Shown piece by piece: positions 7,110-18,391 of a stretch of 32,000 nucleotides of DNA (position 1 is its first letter; each line of letters starts with the position of its first letter). Source of the stretch: Trichlorobacter lovleyi SZ. Its GTDB lineage: Bacteria; Desulfobacterota; Desulfuromonadia; Geobacterales; Pseudopelobacteraceae. The notes beneath the pieces are model-generated. The model made no database searches. It was given only the letters and a program-made list of their open reading frames with translations, and was not told the origin of the DNA. A program made the translations under genes and the position numbers. Location of the stretch: positions 1,770,001 to 1,802,000 of the forward strand of contig NC_010814.1 in NCBI RefSeq assembly GCF_000020385.1, read 5' to 3'.

Positions 7110-9955
7110 GTAAGACCCGGGTAAGCAATCTTGCGGAAAAGCTGGGCATCGATACCAAGGAGGTGCTTGCCAGACTGAAGGCGTTGGGCTATGACGCCAA
7201 GGCTGGATCCTCTACGGTTGATGATGAGGCGGTGGCCAAGCTGACAGCATCCAGACCGGCTGAGTCCGGCCCTGAAGAGGTTCGGGTTACGACGAACATA
7301 GTCCGTCGCAGATCAAGACCTTCTGCAGCAGCTGAGCCTGAAGCGGAAGCCCCGGCTGTTGTCGAGCCTGCTGCTCCTGCTGCTCCTGCTGTCGCGGTTG
7401 AAAAGGCCGCTCCTGTTATCCCGGAGCGGGTTTCTGTAGTGAAAAAGGCTGTTGAAGCGATTGTTGCTCCGGCAGTAACCGAGGCCGCACCGGTGCCTGC
7501 GGCAGTGACAGCCCATGTAGATGCTGGTACAGCTGCTGAGCCGGCTGTTGCCCAAGAAGCCTCACCGGCGGTGACAGCAGCCAAACCTGTGCCGGCTACG
7601 CCAGCTGCCCCTCCTCAGCCGGAACGTGCCAGCGCAACTCAAGCCCGTATTCTGGGTATGATTGAGATTCCAATCACTCCTGAAGCTCGACCCTATCGTC
7701 GTGAACCGGGTCGAGGTCCCGGACCGGGTGGTGATCGTGGTCCCCGTCCAACAGGTGGTCAGGATAACCGTGGTCCCCGTCCGGCTGGTACTCAGGATAA
7801 CCGTGGCCCTCGTCCAACAGGTGGTCAGGATAGCCGTGGTCCCCGTCCGGCTGGTGCTCAGGATAGCCGTGGTCCCCGTCCGGCTGGACCGCCGCGGGAT
7901 GCTGCTGCACCCCGTCCGGCCGGTGCACGTCCTGTCCAGCTGACCCAGGTTGATCTGCCACCACAGGGCGAGGAGCGCCGTAAAACCCTGGGGCCGAACC
8001 GGAAACCGGGTGGTCCTGCCAAGGATACTGCCGCCGACAAGGCTAAAAAGGGAGCAGCAGCCAAAGGCAAAGGTCGTGAGCAGCTTAGCAAACAGGCCTT
8101 GCTCTCAAGAGAGGAGCGCCAGTTTGATCCGTTCCATAAGTCTCGTAAAAAAGGCAAGGAACGTGAAGAACCGGGCAAAACAGAGCTTACGACACCCAAG
8201 GCGATCAAGCGGATTATCAAAATATCTGAAACCATCACCATTGGTGAACTTGCCAAGCGGATGGGGATCAAGGCTACTGACCTGATCAAGGCCATGATGA
8301 AGATGGGATCAATGGTTACCATCAACCATGTGCTTGACCATGATGCTGCGGTACTGCTTGCCTCAGATTATGGCTATGAAGTGGAAAACGTGGCCGTTGA
8401 CCTGGATGAAATCCTGGAGTTTACCCCGGATGCTCCGGAGTTGTTGCAGGAACGTCCGCCAGTGGTTACCATTATGGGCCACGTTGACCATGGTAAGACT
8501 TCGTTGCTGGATGCTATTCGCGAGGCCAACGTCATTGCAGGTGAGGCCGGCGGCATTACCCAGCATATCGGTGCCTATGACGTGGAGTTGCATGGCCGCA
8601 AGATCACCTTCCTGGATACCCCTGGTCACGAGGCGTTTACTGCCATGCGTGCCCGCGGTGCCAAGGTCACCGACATTGTTATCCTGGTAGTGGCTGCTGA
8701 CGACGGTGTCATGCCCCAGACCAAGGAAGCGATCAACCATTCCAAGGCTGCCGGAGTGCCGATCATTGTTGCCATCAACAAGATCGACAAGCCGGATGCC
8801 CGTCCCGAAAAGGTCAAGCAGGAACTGACCGAGCATGGCATTGTCTCCTCAGAGTGGGGTGGTGATGTCACCATGGTTGAAGTATCCGCAAAGAAACGCT
8901 TGAACCTGGAAGAACTGCTGGAGATGATTCTGTTGCAGGCCGATCTGATGGATCTGAAAGCAAACCCGGATAAGGCTGCCAAAGGTACCATCGTTGAAGG
9001 CAAGTTGGATAAGGGGCGTGGACCGGTTGCGACGGTACTGGTACAGGAAGGTACCTTGCGTACCGGCGATTACTGTGTGGTTGGCGTCCACTCCGGCCGC
9101 GTACGGGCCATGCAGAATGACCGTGGCGAGCGGGTGCTTGCCGCCGGACCGGCTATGCCGGTTGAGGTGGTGGGTCTGCCCGGAGTACCGGATGCCGGTG
9201 ATATCTTTGTGGCCATGACGGATGAGAAACAGGCCAAAGAGATCGCAACCCTGCGCCAGATTAAACAGCGTGAGCTGGAACTGGCCAAGCATGCCAAGAT
9301 GTCTCTGGAACAGTTGTACGAGAAGATCCAGAAGGGCGAAGTCAAGGATCTCAACGTGATCGTCAAGGCAGACGTTCAGGGCTCGGTTGAGGCGGTGGCA
9401 GAATCGCTGCGTAAGCTGTCAACTGAAGCGGTTCGCCTGAATGTGATCCATACCGCTGTTGGTGCCATTACCGAGACCGACGTCAACCTTGCCACTGCCT
9501 CCAATGCGATTATCATCGGTTTCAGTATCCGTCCTGAAGTCAAGGCCCAGGCCATGGCTGAGAAAGAAGGGGTGGATATCCGTCTCTACAACGTGATTTA
9601 TGACGCTGTAGATGATGTCCGTAAGGCAATGGAAGGTCTGCTTGAACCGGTATTCAAGGAAAAATATCTTGGTCGTGCCGAGATCCGTGAGATTTTCTCG
9701 GTACCCAAGGTCGGTAACGTTGCCGGCTGCTATATTCAGGATGGTAAGATTCTCCGTAATGCCCAGGTTCGTTTGCTGCGTGACAACGTCGTGGTCTACC
9801 AGGGTAAGCTGGGCACCTTACGGCGCTTCAAGGATGATGTTAAAGAGGTTGCAACCGGCTATGAGTGCGGTATGGGGCTGGAGAACTACAATGACATCAA
9901 GGTTGGCGATATCATTGAGGCGTTTGAGATGGAGAAGGTGGCAGCCAAGCTGTAG
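7106..9955 (+). CDS. infB: translation initiation factor IF-2
   Basis: G-domain motifs [21 protein letters not shown]. 949 aa with a long Ala/Pro/Gly-rich N-terminal region. ATGA overlap with the preceding gene. Confidence 0.97.
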   Translation: MSKTRVSNLAEKLGIDTKEVLARLKALGYDAKAGSSTVDDEAVAKLTASRPAESGPEEVRVTTNIVRRRSRPSAAAEPEAEAPAVVEPAAPAAPAVAVEKAAPVIPERVSVVKKAVEAIVAPAVTEAAPVPAAVTAHVDAGTAAEPAVAQEASPAVTAAKPVPATPAAPPQPERASATQARILGMIEIPITPEARPYRREPGRGPGPGGDRGPRPTGGQDNRGPRPAGTQDNRGPRPTGGQDSRGPRPAGAQDSRGPRPAGPPRDAAAPRPAGARPVQLTQVDLPPQGEERRKTLGPNRKPGGPAKDTAADKAKKGAAAKGKGREQLSKQALLSREERQFDPFHKSRKKGKEREEPGKTELTTPKAIKRIIKISETITIGELAKRMGIKATDLIKAMMKMGSMVTINHVLDHDAAVLLASDYGYEVENVAVDLDEILEFTPDAPELLQERPPVVTIMGHVDHGKTSLLDAIREANVIAGEAGGITQHIGAYDVELHGRKITFLDTPGHEAFTAMRARGAKVTDIVILVVAADDGVMPQTKEAINHSKAAGVPIIVAINKIDKPDARPEKVKQELTEHGIVSSEWGGDVTMVEVSAKKRLNLEELLEMILLQADLMDLKANPDKAAKGTIVEGKLDKGRGPVATVLVQEGTLRTGDYCVVGVHSGRVRAMQNDRGERVLAAGPAMPVEVVGLPGVPDAGDIFVAMTDEKQAKEIATLRQIKQRELELAKHAKMSLEQLYEKIQKGEVKDLNVIVKADVQGSVEAVAESLRKLSTEAVRLNVIHTAVGAITETDVNLATASNAIIIGFSIRPEVKAQAMAEKEGVDIRLYNVIYDAVDDVRKAMEGLLEPVFKEKYLGRAEIREIFSVPKVGNVAGCYIQDGKILRNAQVRLLRDNVVVYQGKLGTLRRFKDDVKEVATGYECGMGLENYNDIKVGDIIEAFEMEKVAAKL
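7736..7888 (+). repeat. in-frame 33-nt tandem repeat (about 4.6 copies) encoding RGPRP(T/A)G(G/T/A)QD(N/S) in the IF-2 N-terminal region
   Basis: Units at 7736-7768, 7769-7801, 7802-7834 and 7835-7867, with a partial unit from 7868. Near-identical at the nucleotide level. Confidence 0.9.
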
Positions 9956-10098
9956 AAACGATCTTTTTCCGCCCTGGCCCAGTCAAGCTTCAGCATGACT
10001 GGTGCGGCGTACTGCAATGTACGCCTCCGCACCATGCTTCGCTTGCCAGAACCAGAGCAAAAAAAAACTTCGTTTCGGTAGGTTAAAAGGTATTTGTT

Positions 10099-10470
10099 AT
10101 GAAGCACAAACGTTCGGACAAGGTCGCTGAGACCATCCATACAACCATATCCACGATCCTGTCCCGGGGGTTGAATGACCCCCGGATCGGGTTTGTCACC
10201 ATTACCGGGGTTGAGGTGACCGATGACCTGCACCTGGCGCGGATCTTTTTTACGGTGATTGGTGATGAGGCCGCTAAAAAGAGTAGTGAAGCAGGTCTGA
10301 ACAGTGCGGCACGCTTTATCCGCCATGAATTGGGGAAAGTTTTGAAGATGCGCTATACCCCTGACATCCTTTTTAAATATGACCATTCTCAGGAGTATGG
10401 CCAGCGGATTGATGACCTGCTGCGGGAGGTGGGAACCGGCAATGACGGAAACGATTCAGAAGATCGTTAA
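10099..10470 (+). CDS. rbfA: ribosome-binding factor A
   Basis: KRSDKVAETIHTTISTIL..DPRIGFVTITGVEVTDDLHLARIFF is typical RbfA. Downstream of infB. Confidence 0.92.
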   Translation: MKHKRSDKVAETIHTTISTILSRGLNDPRIGFVTITGVEVTDDLHLARIFFTVIGDEAAKKSSEAGLNSAARFIRHELGKVLKMRYTPDILFKYDHSQEYGQRIDDLLREVGTGNDGNDSEDR

Positions 10471-11407
10471 CGCTATCCGGCAGAGCCGGACCGTTTTGAT
10501 TACCAGCCATGAAGGCCCTGATGGTGATGCCATTGGCTCGTCATTGGGGCTTGCTGCATTTTTGAAGGCGATCGGCAAGCAGGTGGTAGTGCATCTGGCT
10601 GACCCGGTGCCTGAACTGTACCGCTTTCTGCCCGGTGCTGATCTGGTCTGCAGCGATATCCCTGATCAGGATTTTGATCTTGCCTTTGTGCTGGATGTAG
10701 GAGAGTTCCGCCGTGCAGGCAAACAATTTGGTGCCTTTACCCGGATTGGTCAAACCATCAACCTTGATCACCACCTGACCTGCGAACATTTTGGCAACCT
10801 TAACCTGATCGATGAACAGGCTGCGGCAACCGGCCTGCTGATCTGGCGGGTTGCCAAGGCCTACGGCTTCACCGCGGATTATGCTACCGCCCTCTGTCTC
10901 TATGTGGCGGTGCTGACTGATACCGGTTCGTTTCGCTACTCAAACTCGAATCAGGAAGCCTTTACTGCTGCAGGTGAACTGGTTCAGCAGGGCAGTTTGA
11001 ATGCCTGGCATGTGGCGGAAAAACTGTATGAAAGCCAGCCTCGCAAGCGTCTTGAGCTGCTGGCACAGGCGCTGCCGACCCTTGAGTTTGTGAAAGAGGG
11101 GCAGGTTGCCTCAATCACCGTGACACTGGATATGTATGCTGCAACAGGTGCGACGGCCGAGTTGACCGATGGATTTGTAAACTACCCGCGCTCGGTGGCC
11201 GGGGTTGAGGTGTCAGTGTTTTTTCGTCAGCTCGATGAACGCAAGTACAAGGTCGGCTTCCGTTCGAAGGGAACTGTCAATGTGGCTACACTCGCCCAGG
11301 CCTTTGGCGGCGGCGGTCATCACAACGCTGCCGGAGGCACGGTGGAGGGAAGCCTGGACGAGGTCAAGCGGATCGTCTATGGAGCGGTTGAAGCAGCACA
11401 GTGGTAG
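10442..11407 (+). CDS. nrnA: DHH/DHHA1 phosphoesterase (NrnA-type oligoribonuclease/pAp phosphatase)
   Basis: Motifs HEGPDGDAIGS, NLDHH, TDTGSFRYSN, GGGGHHNAAGG. ATG 10442 overlaps the rbfA end. Confidence 0.85.
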   Translation: MTETIQKIVNAIRQSRTVLITSHEGPDGDAIGSSLGLAAFLKAIGKQVVVHLADPVPELYRFLPGADLVCSDIPDQDFDLAFVLDVGEFRRAGKQFGAFTRIGQTINLDHHLTCEHFGNLNLIDEQAAATGLLIWRVAKAYGFTADYATALCLYVAVLTDTGSFRYSNSNQEAFTAAGELVQQGSLNAWHVAEKLYESQPRKRLELLAQALPTLEFVKEGQVASITVTLDMYAATGATAELTDGFVNYPRSVAGVEVSVFFRQLDERKYKVGFRSKGTVNVATLAQAFGGGGHHNAAGGTVEGSLDEVKRIVYGAVEAAQW

Positions 11408-12279
11408 ACGGCTTTCTGGTCATTGATAAACCTGCCGGTATCAGCTCCCATGATGTCGTTAACCGGGTGCGGCGTATCCTTGGTACCAGGAAGGTCGGTC
11501 ATACCGGCACCCTTGATCCCTTTGCAACCGGAGTATTGCCGATTGCTGTGGGTGAAGGCACCAAGGCGATCCAGTTTCTGGATGAAGGTGAAAAGGCCTA
11601 TGAGGCGGTCATCCGGCTTGGCCTGGTAACTGATACCCTTGATATCACCGGAACTGTGCTGCAGGAACATGATTCTGGCGGGCTAGGGCAGGAACAGCTT
11701 TTAAGCGCTATGGAAGCCCTGACGGGCGAAATCAGTCAGGTTCCGCCGATGTACTCTGCCATCAAGCAGGGTGGGCAGCCGTTGTACAAGCTGGCTCGCA
11801 AAGGGATTGAGGTTGAACGGCAATCCCGCCAGGTCATCATTCACAGCTTTGAACTGCTTGAGTTCTCATCACCCCTGGCAACCGTTCGGGCACACTGCTC
11901 ACGTGGTACCTATGTGCGGACATTGGCTGATGATCTGGGAAAACTGCTTGGATGCGGTGCCTGTCTGACTGCGTTGCGGCGTACCCTAAGCGGCCCGTTC
12001 CGGCTGGCTGATGCCATGACGCTGGAACAGCTTGCCAGCTATGCAGAAGAAGGTGTCGCACAACATCATGTTGTGCATGTGCCGACAGCACTTTCCCACC
12101 TGGCTCAGATTCAATTGACTGAATCTGAGCTGCAGAAGCTTAAAAACGGTATTCCGCCTCGGGACAGGCTGCTTGAGATGCCCCCCGGTATGTTCAGCCT
12201 GATGTATGGCCAACAGGTGATAGCAGTTGCAGAACAGACCCCTGAGAAGGCTGTCAGCCTGAAAAGGGTCTTCAACTGA
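11401..12279 (+). CDS. truB: tRNA pseudouridine(55) synthase
   Basis: GFLVIDKPAGISSHDVV, GHTGTLDPFATGVLPI (catalytic Asp), YSAIK. GTG start overlapping the nrnA stop. Confidence 0.93.
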   Translation: MVDGFLVIDKPAGISSHDVVNRVRRILGTRKVGHTGTLDPFATGVLPIAVGEGTKAIQFLDEGEKAYEAVIRLGLVTDTLDITGTVLQEHDSGGLGQEQLLSAMEALTGEISQVPPMYSAIKQGGQPLYKLARKGIEVERQSRQVIIHSFELLEFSSPLATVRAHCSRGTYVRTLADDLGKLLGCGACLTALRRTLSGPFRLADAMTLEQLASYAEEGVAQHHVVHVPTALSHLAQIQLTESELQKLKNGIPPRDRLLEMPPGMFSLMYGQQVIAVAEQTPEKAVSLKRVFN

Positions 12280-12386
12280 TGGAAATGCTTTACAGGTTCA
12301 GGTAAGGTGTGATAGAGGTATATCCCTTTTAGTGTTTAAAGTGTTTCGACACATACATCCCCATGCTGTACAGGAGGAGCCCACAG

Positions 12387-12653
12387 GTGCTGGCTACAGA
12401 AAAAAAGCAGGAAATCATTAACAACTTTAAGAAGCATGAAGGCGATACCGGATCCCCTGAGGTCCAGATTGCAATCCTGACCGCACGCATTGTGTATCTG
12501 ACCGATCACTTCAAGATCCACAAGAAGGATCATCACAGCCGTCGCGGTCTGTTGAAGCTGGTTGGCCAGCGTCGTCGCATGCTTGACTATCTCAAGTCCC
12601 GTGATCTTGATCGTTACAAGAAGGTGATCGAGCAGCTCGGTATCCGCAGGTAG
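12387..12653 (+). CDS. rpsO: 30S ribosomal protein S15
   Basis: (V)[49 protein letters not shown] 12387 is preceded by AGGAGG (12372-12377). 88 aa, the expected size. Confidence 0.93.
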   Translation: MLATEKKQEIINNFKKHEGDTGSPEVQIAILTARIVYLTDHFKIHKKDHHSRRGLLKLVGQRRRMLDYLKSRDLDRYKKVIEQLGIRR

Positions 12654-12656
12654 GAA

Positions 12657-12706
12657 GCGGGCAGCTATCCCGGCACGGCCCAGGGATCTGCCCGCCTCTT
12701 TTATTG
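12657..12706 (+). terminator. long hairpin / terminator after rpsO
   Basis: GCGGGCAG..ATCCC / GGGAT..CTGCCCGC, followed by CTCTTTTATTGTTT. Confidence 0.7.
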
Positions 12707-12712
12707 TTTCGC

Positions 12713-12743
12713 AAAAGGGCTGTTAAGGCCCTTTTATTTTTTT
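12713..12743 (+). terminator. second hairpin with T-run in the rpsO-pnp spacer
   Basis: AAAAGGGC (12713-12720) / GCCCTTTT (12728-12735), 7-nt loop, then ATTTTTTT. Confidence 0.65.
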
Positions 12744-12834
12744 GTCAACCGTGTTGGGGGCGTGGATAGAAAAGCTCTGGTTTCAGGGAGTTTCCATCGA
12801 CGGCCCCAGCGCACATTTCATGTGAGGAGAAAAC

Positions 12835-14946
12835 ATGACATTCAACGAAAAGTGCGTAGAAGCTCAGGTAGGAAACATGAACGTAAAGATCTCCACCGGC
12901 AAGATGGCCAAGCAGGCCAGTGGTGCGGTGGTGATCAGCAGTGGCGATACCATGGTGCTGGTGACCGTGGTGGGCACCAAAGAGGCAAAGCCGGGTCAGG
13001 ATTTCTTTCCTTTGACCGTCAACTACACCGAGAAGACCTATGCCGGTGGCAAGATTCCCGGCAGTTTCTTCAAGCGCGAAGGGCGTCCCTCCGAGGACGA
13101 GACCTTGATCTGCCGTCTGATCGACCGTCCGATCCGTCCTCTGTTCCCGGAATCCTACCTGTGTGATACCCAGGTCATGGCAACCGTTATTTCAGCAGAA
13201 GAAGACCATGATCCTGCTATTCTCTCCATGATTGGCGCATCTGCAGCCCTGATGATTTCCGACATCCCGTTTGAAGGCCCGATTGCCGGTGTTAAAGTAG
13301 GCCGTGTTGATGGCAAGCTGATTGCCAACCCCAGTGCAGAGCAGCTGAAGCTGAGTGACCTGGAGATCGTGGTTGCTGCCGGTAAGGATGCCATCTTCAT
13401 GGTTGAAGGTGAGGCCGACTTTGTTTCTGAAGAAGATCTGCTTGAGGCGGTCTTCTTTGCCAAGGACGCAGTGCAGGGAATCCTGGCTGCACAGGAAGAG
13501 CTGGCCAGGCAGGTTGGTGTTGCCAAGCGTGAAGTAGCTCCTCTGGTTGTTGATGAAGCACTGAAGGCAAAGGTAAAGGCGCTGGCCTTTGATCGTATTG
13601 CCCAGGCATTCAAGATCAAGGCCAAGCAGGAGCGTTATGCTGCTGTAGCCCAGATCAAGGAAGAGGTAGTTGCCGCCCTGGCGGAAGAGTTCGAAGGTCG
13701 TGATAAAGAGATCAAAGGCTTTATCGGCGATATAGAATATGATCGTATGCGTCACGATGTGCTGGAAACCGGCATCCGTATTGATGGCCGTGATACCAAA
13801 ACCGTTCGTCCGATCGCCATTGAGGCCGGCCTGCTGCCCCGCGCACACGGCTCCACCCTGTTTACCCGTGGTGAGACCCAGGTGCTGGCTGCTGCCACGC
13901 TGGGTACTTCACAGGATGAGCAGCGGATGGATTCGCTCTACGGCGAATACCGCAAGAAGTTCATGCTGCACTATAACTTTCCTCCCTTCTCGGTTGGTGA
14001 AACCAGCTTCCGTCTGGCTCCGGGCCGTCGTGAGATCGGTCACGGCATGTTGGCAGAGCGGGCTATCTCCGCTATCCTGCCGAACCATGATGACTTTCCG
14101 TACACCATCCGGATCGTGGCAGAGACTCTGGAGAGCAACGGTTCCTCCTCCATGGCCACTGTCTGCGGCGGCTGCCTCTCCCTGATGGATGCCGGTGTAC
14201 CGGTCAAGGCACCGGTAGCCGGTATTGCCATGGGTCTGATCAAGGAAGGCGAGAAGGTTGCCATCCTGACCGACATCCTGGGGGATGAAGATCATCTGGG
14301 CGATATGGACTTCAAGGTTGCCGGTTCCGCAGACGGTGTAACTGCCCTGCAGATGGATATCAAGATCGGTGGCGTCAGCAAGGAGATCATGCAGCAGGCC
14401 CTGAAGCAGGCCAAGGAAGGCCGTCTGCATATCCTGGGCAAGATGGCCCAGTGTCTGGCTGCCCCCCGTGAAGAGATGTCTGCCTTTGCCCCGCGTATCA
14501 CTACCATCTGGATCAAGCCTGACCGGATCCGCGATGTTATCGGTACCGGCGGCAAGACCATCCGCAGCATTACCGAGGCAACCGGCGTCATGATTGATAT
14601 TGATTCCGACAACAGCGGCAAGATCAATATCGCCAGCTCCGACAAGGCTGCCTGTGATGCGGCGATCCAGATGATCCGCGGCCTGACTGATGAGGTTGAA
14701 GAAGGCAAGCTCTATATGGGTACCGTCAAGAAGATCATGGAGTTTGGTGCCTTTGTTGAAGTGCTGCCCGGCACTGATGGTCTGGTGCATATCTCTGAGC
14801 TGGACGAGACCCGCGTCAAGAATGTGACCGATATCCTGAATGAAGGCGACAAGGTGCTGGTCAAGTGTATCGGCGTGGATAAACAGGGTAAGATCAAGCT
14901 CTCGCGCAAGGCCGCTCTTGGCCAGTCGCTGGAAGAAAAAGACTGA
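12835..14946 (+). CDS. pnp: polyribonucleotide nucleotidyltransferase (PNPase)
   Basis: Two RNase PH domains (GSSSMA motif), a KH domain ([11 protein letters not shown]) and an S1 domain ([19 protein letters not shown]). 703 aa; GAGGAG RBS. Confidence 0.97.
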   Translation: MTFNEKCVEAQVGNMNVKISTGKMAKQASGAVVISSGDTMVLVTVVGTKEAKPGQDFFPLTVNYTEKTYAGGKIPGSFFKREGRPSEDETLICRLIDRPIRPLFPESYLCDTQVMATVISAEEDHDPAILSMIGASAALMISDIPFEGPIAGVKVGRVDGKLIANPSAEQLKLSDLEIVVAAGKDAIFMVEGEADFVSEEDLLEAVFFAKDAVQGILAAQEELARQVGVAKREVAPLVVDEALKAKVKALAFDRIAQAFKIKAKQERYAAVAQIKEEVVAALAEEFEGRDKEIKGFIGDIEYDRMRHDVLETGIRIDGRDTKTVRPIAIEAGLLPRAHGSTLFTRGETQVLAAATLGTSQDEQRMDSLYGEYRKKFMLHYNFPPFSVGETSFRLAPGRREIGHGMLAERAISAILPNHDDFPYTIRIVAETLESNGSSSMATVCGGCLSLMDAGVPVKAPVAGIAMGLIKEGEKVAILTDILGDEDHLGDMDFKVAGSADGVTALQMDIKIGGVSKEIMQQALKQAKEGRLHILGKMAQCLAAPREEMSAFAPRITTIWIKPDRIRDVIGTGGKTIRSITEATGVMIDIDSDNSGKINIASSDKAACDAAIQMIRGLTDEVEEGKLYMGTVKKIMEFGAFVEVLPGTDGLVHISELDETRVKNVTDILNEGDKVLVKCIGVDKQGKIKLSRKAALGQSLEEKD

Positions 14947-14968
14947 TCCTGTTACAGGTAAGTTACAA

Positions 14969-15002
14969 AGGGGACGGGGCTGCGGTCCCGCCCCCTTTTT
15001 TG
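14969..15002 (+). terminator. rho-independent terminator after pnp
   Basis: GGGG(A)CGGG / CCCGCCCC stem with 8-nt loop, followed by T6. Confidence 0.8.
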
Positions 15003-15054
15003 TTGACGGTACACACTCAAATCCTGCATAAGTCCCGATTGAGGAGGGTTGTCT

Positions 15055-16962
15055 ATGGAACGCTGGTCAATCAATGAGTCTGCCAAGGTATACAACCTGG
15101 ATAACTGGGGGGCAGACCTGTTTTCAATCAACAAAAAGGGCAATATCTGCGTTCACCCTTCCTCAAACTCAAAGAACGCCATTGATTTGCGCGCCCTGGT
15201 TGATGACCTGATCAAGCGTAAGATCAAGCCGCCGATCCTGCTCCGTTTCATGGATGTGCTGCAGGGGCGGATCGCCTCCATCAACCGGGTCTTCCGTAAT
15301 GCCATTGCGGAAAACGACTATCCTGCCAAGTATCAGACCTTCTACCCGATCAAGGTAAATCAGCAGCGCCAGGTGGTTGAGGCGATTGCCAGCTACGGCA
15401 AACGCTACAATATCGGCCTTGAGGTCGGTTCAAAGCCGGAGCTGGTGGCAGGGATCGCTATCTCCACCGGCAATGGCCTACCGATCATCTGCAACGGCTA
15501 CAAGGATGCCGAATATATCGAGACCGTGCTGTTTGCCACCCGGGTCGGCTACAACATCACCATCGTGGTTGAGAAGCTGTTTGAGCTGGAAAAGATCATT
15601 GAACTTGCCAAGAAGACCGGTATCAGACCCAGCCTGGGTATCCGGGTCAAGCTCTCCTCCAAAGGGACCGGTAAATGGGCCACCAGCGGCGGCGAAGATG
15701 CCAAGTTCGGTCTGCGGATGTCAGAGATCATGGCAGCCATCAAGATGCTGCAGGAGGCGGATCTGCTGGACTGTGTCAACCTGCTGCATTCCCATATCGG
15801 CAGCCAGGTCACGAAGATCGACAAGATCAAGACCGCCCTGATTGAGGCAGCCCGGATTTACTCGGAGATGCGCAAGCTGGGGGTCAATATCCAGTATCTG
15901 GATATTGGCGGTGGTCTGGGGGTTGATTATGACGGTTCCAAGTCCAGCTATTTCTCCAGTGTCAACTACACCGTGGAAGAGTACGCCAATGACGTGATCT
16001 ACCAGATCAAGAACATCTGCGATGAAGCCGGGGTGGACTGCCCCAACATCATCTCAGAATCCGGCCGAGCCACGGTTGCCCATTATTCCGTGCTGGTCAC
16101 CAATGTCCTGAACACCAACACCCAGAACCTGATGCCGGATTATGAGCAGATTCTTGAAGAGATGGAAAAGCCGGCCCCCACGGTTAAAAAACTGCTGGAT
16201 ATTTACAAGAGCATTGACCGCTATTCACTGCGGGAGGATTACCACGACACCCTGCAGCTGATCAATGAGGCGGTCAGCCTGTTCAATCTGGGGTATCTGA
16301 CCCTGCAGGATCGTGCCATTGCCGAGTGGCTCTATTCCAAGATCATTAAGAAGATCAACAGTATTGTGGAGAAGATCAAACCGATCCCGGAGGAGTTGCA
16401 GAACTTCCAGCTTGCCCTGCGCCAGACCTATTTTGCCAACTTTTCGCTGTTCCAGTCCATTCCTGACTCCTGGGCCATTGATCAGCTCTTCCCGATCATG
16501 CCGTTGCAGCGCCTGGGCCAGCGTCCTGATGTGATGGCCTCAATCGCGGATATTACCTGTGATTCAGACGGTGAGATCACCAGCTTTGTAGGGGAAAATG
16601 GACGCAGCAAGTTCCTGCCGATGCACAAGCTGAAAAAAGACGAAGATTACTACATCGGCTTTTTCCTGATCGGTGCCTATCAAGAAATTCTGGGTGATCT
16701 GCACAACCTGTTTGGTGACACCAATGCCGTGCATATCACCTTCAACAAAAAGACCGGCTACATGATTGATACGGTCATCAACGGTGATGCCACTTGGGAA
16801 ACCCTGAAGTATGTCCAGTACAAGGGGCCGGAGATCCTTAAGCATGTGCGGGATAACCTTGAAAAACAAGTTGCCATCAAGAAGGTCTCCATTGAGGAGA
16901 GCAGCCACTTTATTGAACTGTTGGATAGAACCCTGTTGGGCTATACATACCTGGGTGAATAG
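15055..16962 (+). CDS. speA: biosynthetic arginine decarboxylase
   Basis: MERWSINESAKVYNLDNWG.. N-terminus, FYPIKVNQQ (PLP-Lys), HSHIGSQ, DIGGGLGVDYDG. ATG 15055 is 6 nt after GAGGAGGG; the track start is TTG 15049. Confidence 0.93.
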   Translation: MERWSINESAKVYNLDNWGADLFSINKKGNICVHPSSNSKNAIDLRALVDDLIKRKIKPPILLRFMDVLQGRIASINRVFRNAIAENDYPAKYQTFYPIKVNQQRQVVEAIASYGKRYNIGLEVGSKPELVAGIAISTGNGLPIICNGYKDAEYIETVLFATRVGYNITIVVEKLFELEKIIELAKKTGIRPSLGIRVKLSSKGTGKWATSGGEDAKFGLRMSEIMAAIKMLQEADLLDCVNLLHSHIGSQVTKIDKIKTALIEAARIYSEMRKLGVNIQYLDIGGGLGVDYDGSKSSYFSSVNYTVEEYANDVIYQIKNICDEAGVDCPNIISESGRATVAHYSVLVTNVLNTNTQNLMPDYEQILEEMEKPAPTVKKLLDIYKSIDRYSLREDYHDTLQLINEAVSLFNLGYLTLQDRAIAEWLYSKIIKKINSIVEKIKPIPEELQNFQLALRQTYFANFSLFQSIPDSWAIDQLFPIMPLQRLGQRPDVMASIADITCDSDGEITSFVGENGRSKFLPMHKLKKDEDYYIGFFLIGAYQEILGDLHNLFGDTNAVHITFNKKTGYMIDTVINGDATWETLKYVQYKGPEILKHVRDNLEKQVAIKKVSIEESSHFIELLDRTLLGYTYLGE

Positions 16963-17057
16963 CTGGTTTGTAAATGTTGTGTGACAAGCTTGCACCTGTT
17001 GTTGCTGCTGTCTAAACTGTCTATCAATTTCCAATTTAACTCAGGAGGAAGCAGTCC

Positions 17058-18254
<1,197 letters not shown>

Positions 18255-18391
18255 AAACGCCATCTCTGCGCCCTGGCCGATTCAGCCCCTGCAGAGGCTT
18301 CTTTGACGTGCTTTTCTGTACGCCTTCATCGCCTCTTAGGTGCTGTCTCAGCCATCATTGCAGGTCTGACGTTTCTTGGACGGATTAATTT

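Noticed and set aside
7736-7888. CRISPR-like regular repeats
   Set aside because: The repeats are directly adjacent with no spacers, in frame inside infB, and encode a peptide repeat. No CRISPR array occurs anywhere in the window.
7662-7964. ORFs of 93-96 aa in alternative frames or on the opposite strand of the infB repeat region
   Set aside because: They lie wholly inside the 33-nt tandem repeat of infB. The repeat periodicity keeps other frames open. They have no RBS, and their repetitive translations have no independent support.
9886-10386. 166-aa minus-strand ORF spanning the infB end, the intergenic element and rbfA
   Set aside because: It overlaps two confidently called + strand genes and a structured intergenic region. 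It shows no coding signature.
12280-12386. Possible structured S15 autoregulatory leader upstream of rpsO
   Set aside because: Only a small GTGT-TTCG-ACAC hairpin and a weak promoter-like TTTACA..ATAGAG are visible. That is not enough to claim a specific S15-binding fold without covariation data.
13909-14790. 293-aa minus-strand ORF (with similar ones at 13155-13848)
   Set aside because: It is antisense to pnp, whose domain motifs are unambiguous. Long antisense ORFs are common in moderately GC-rich coding DNA.
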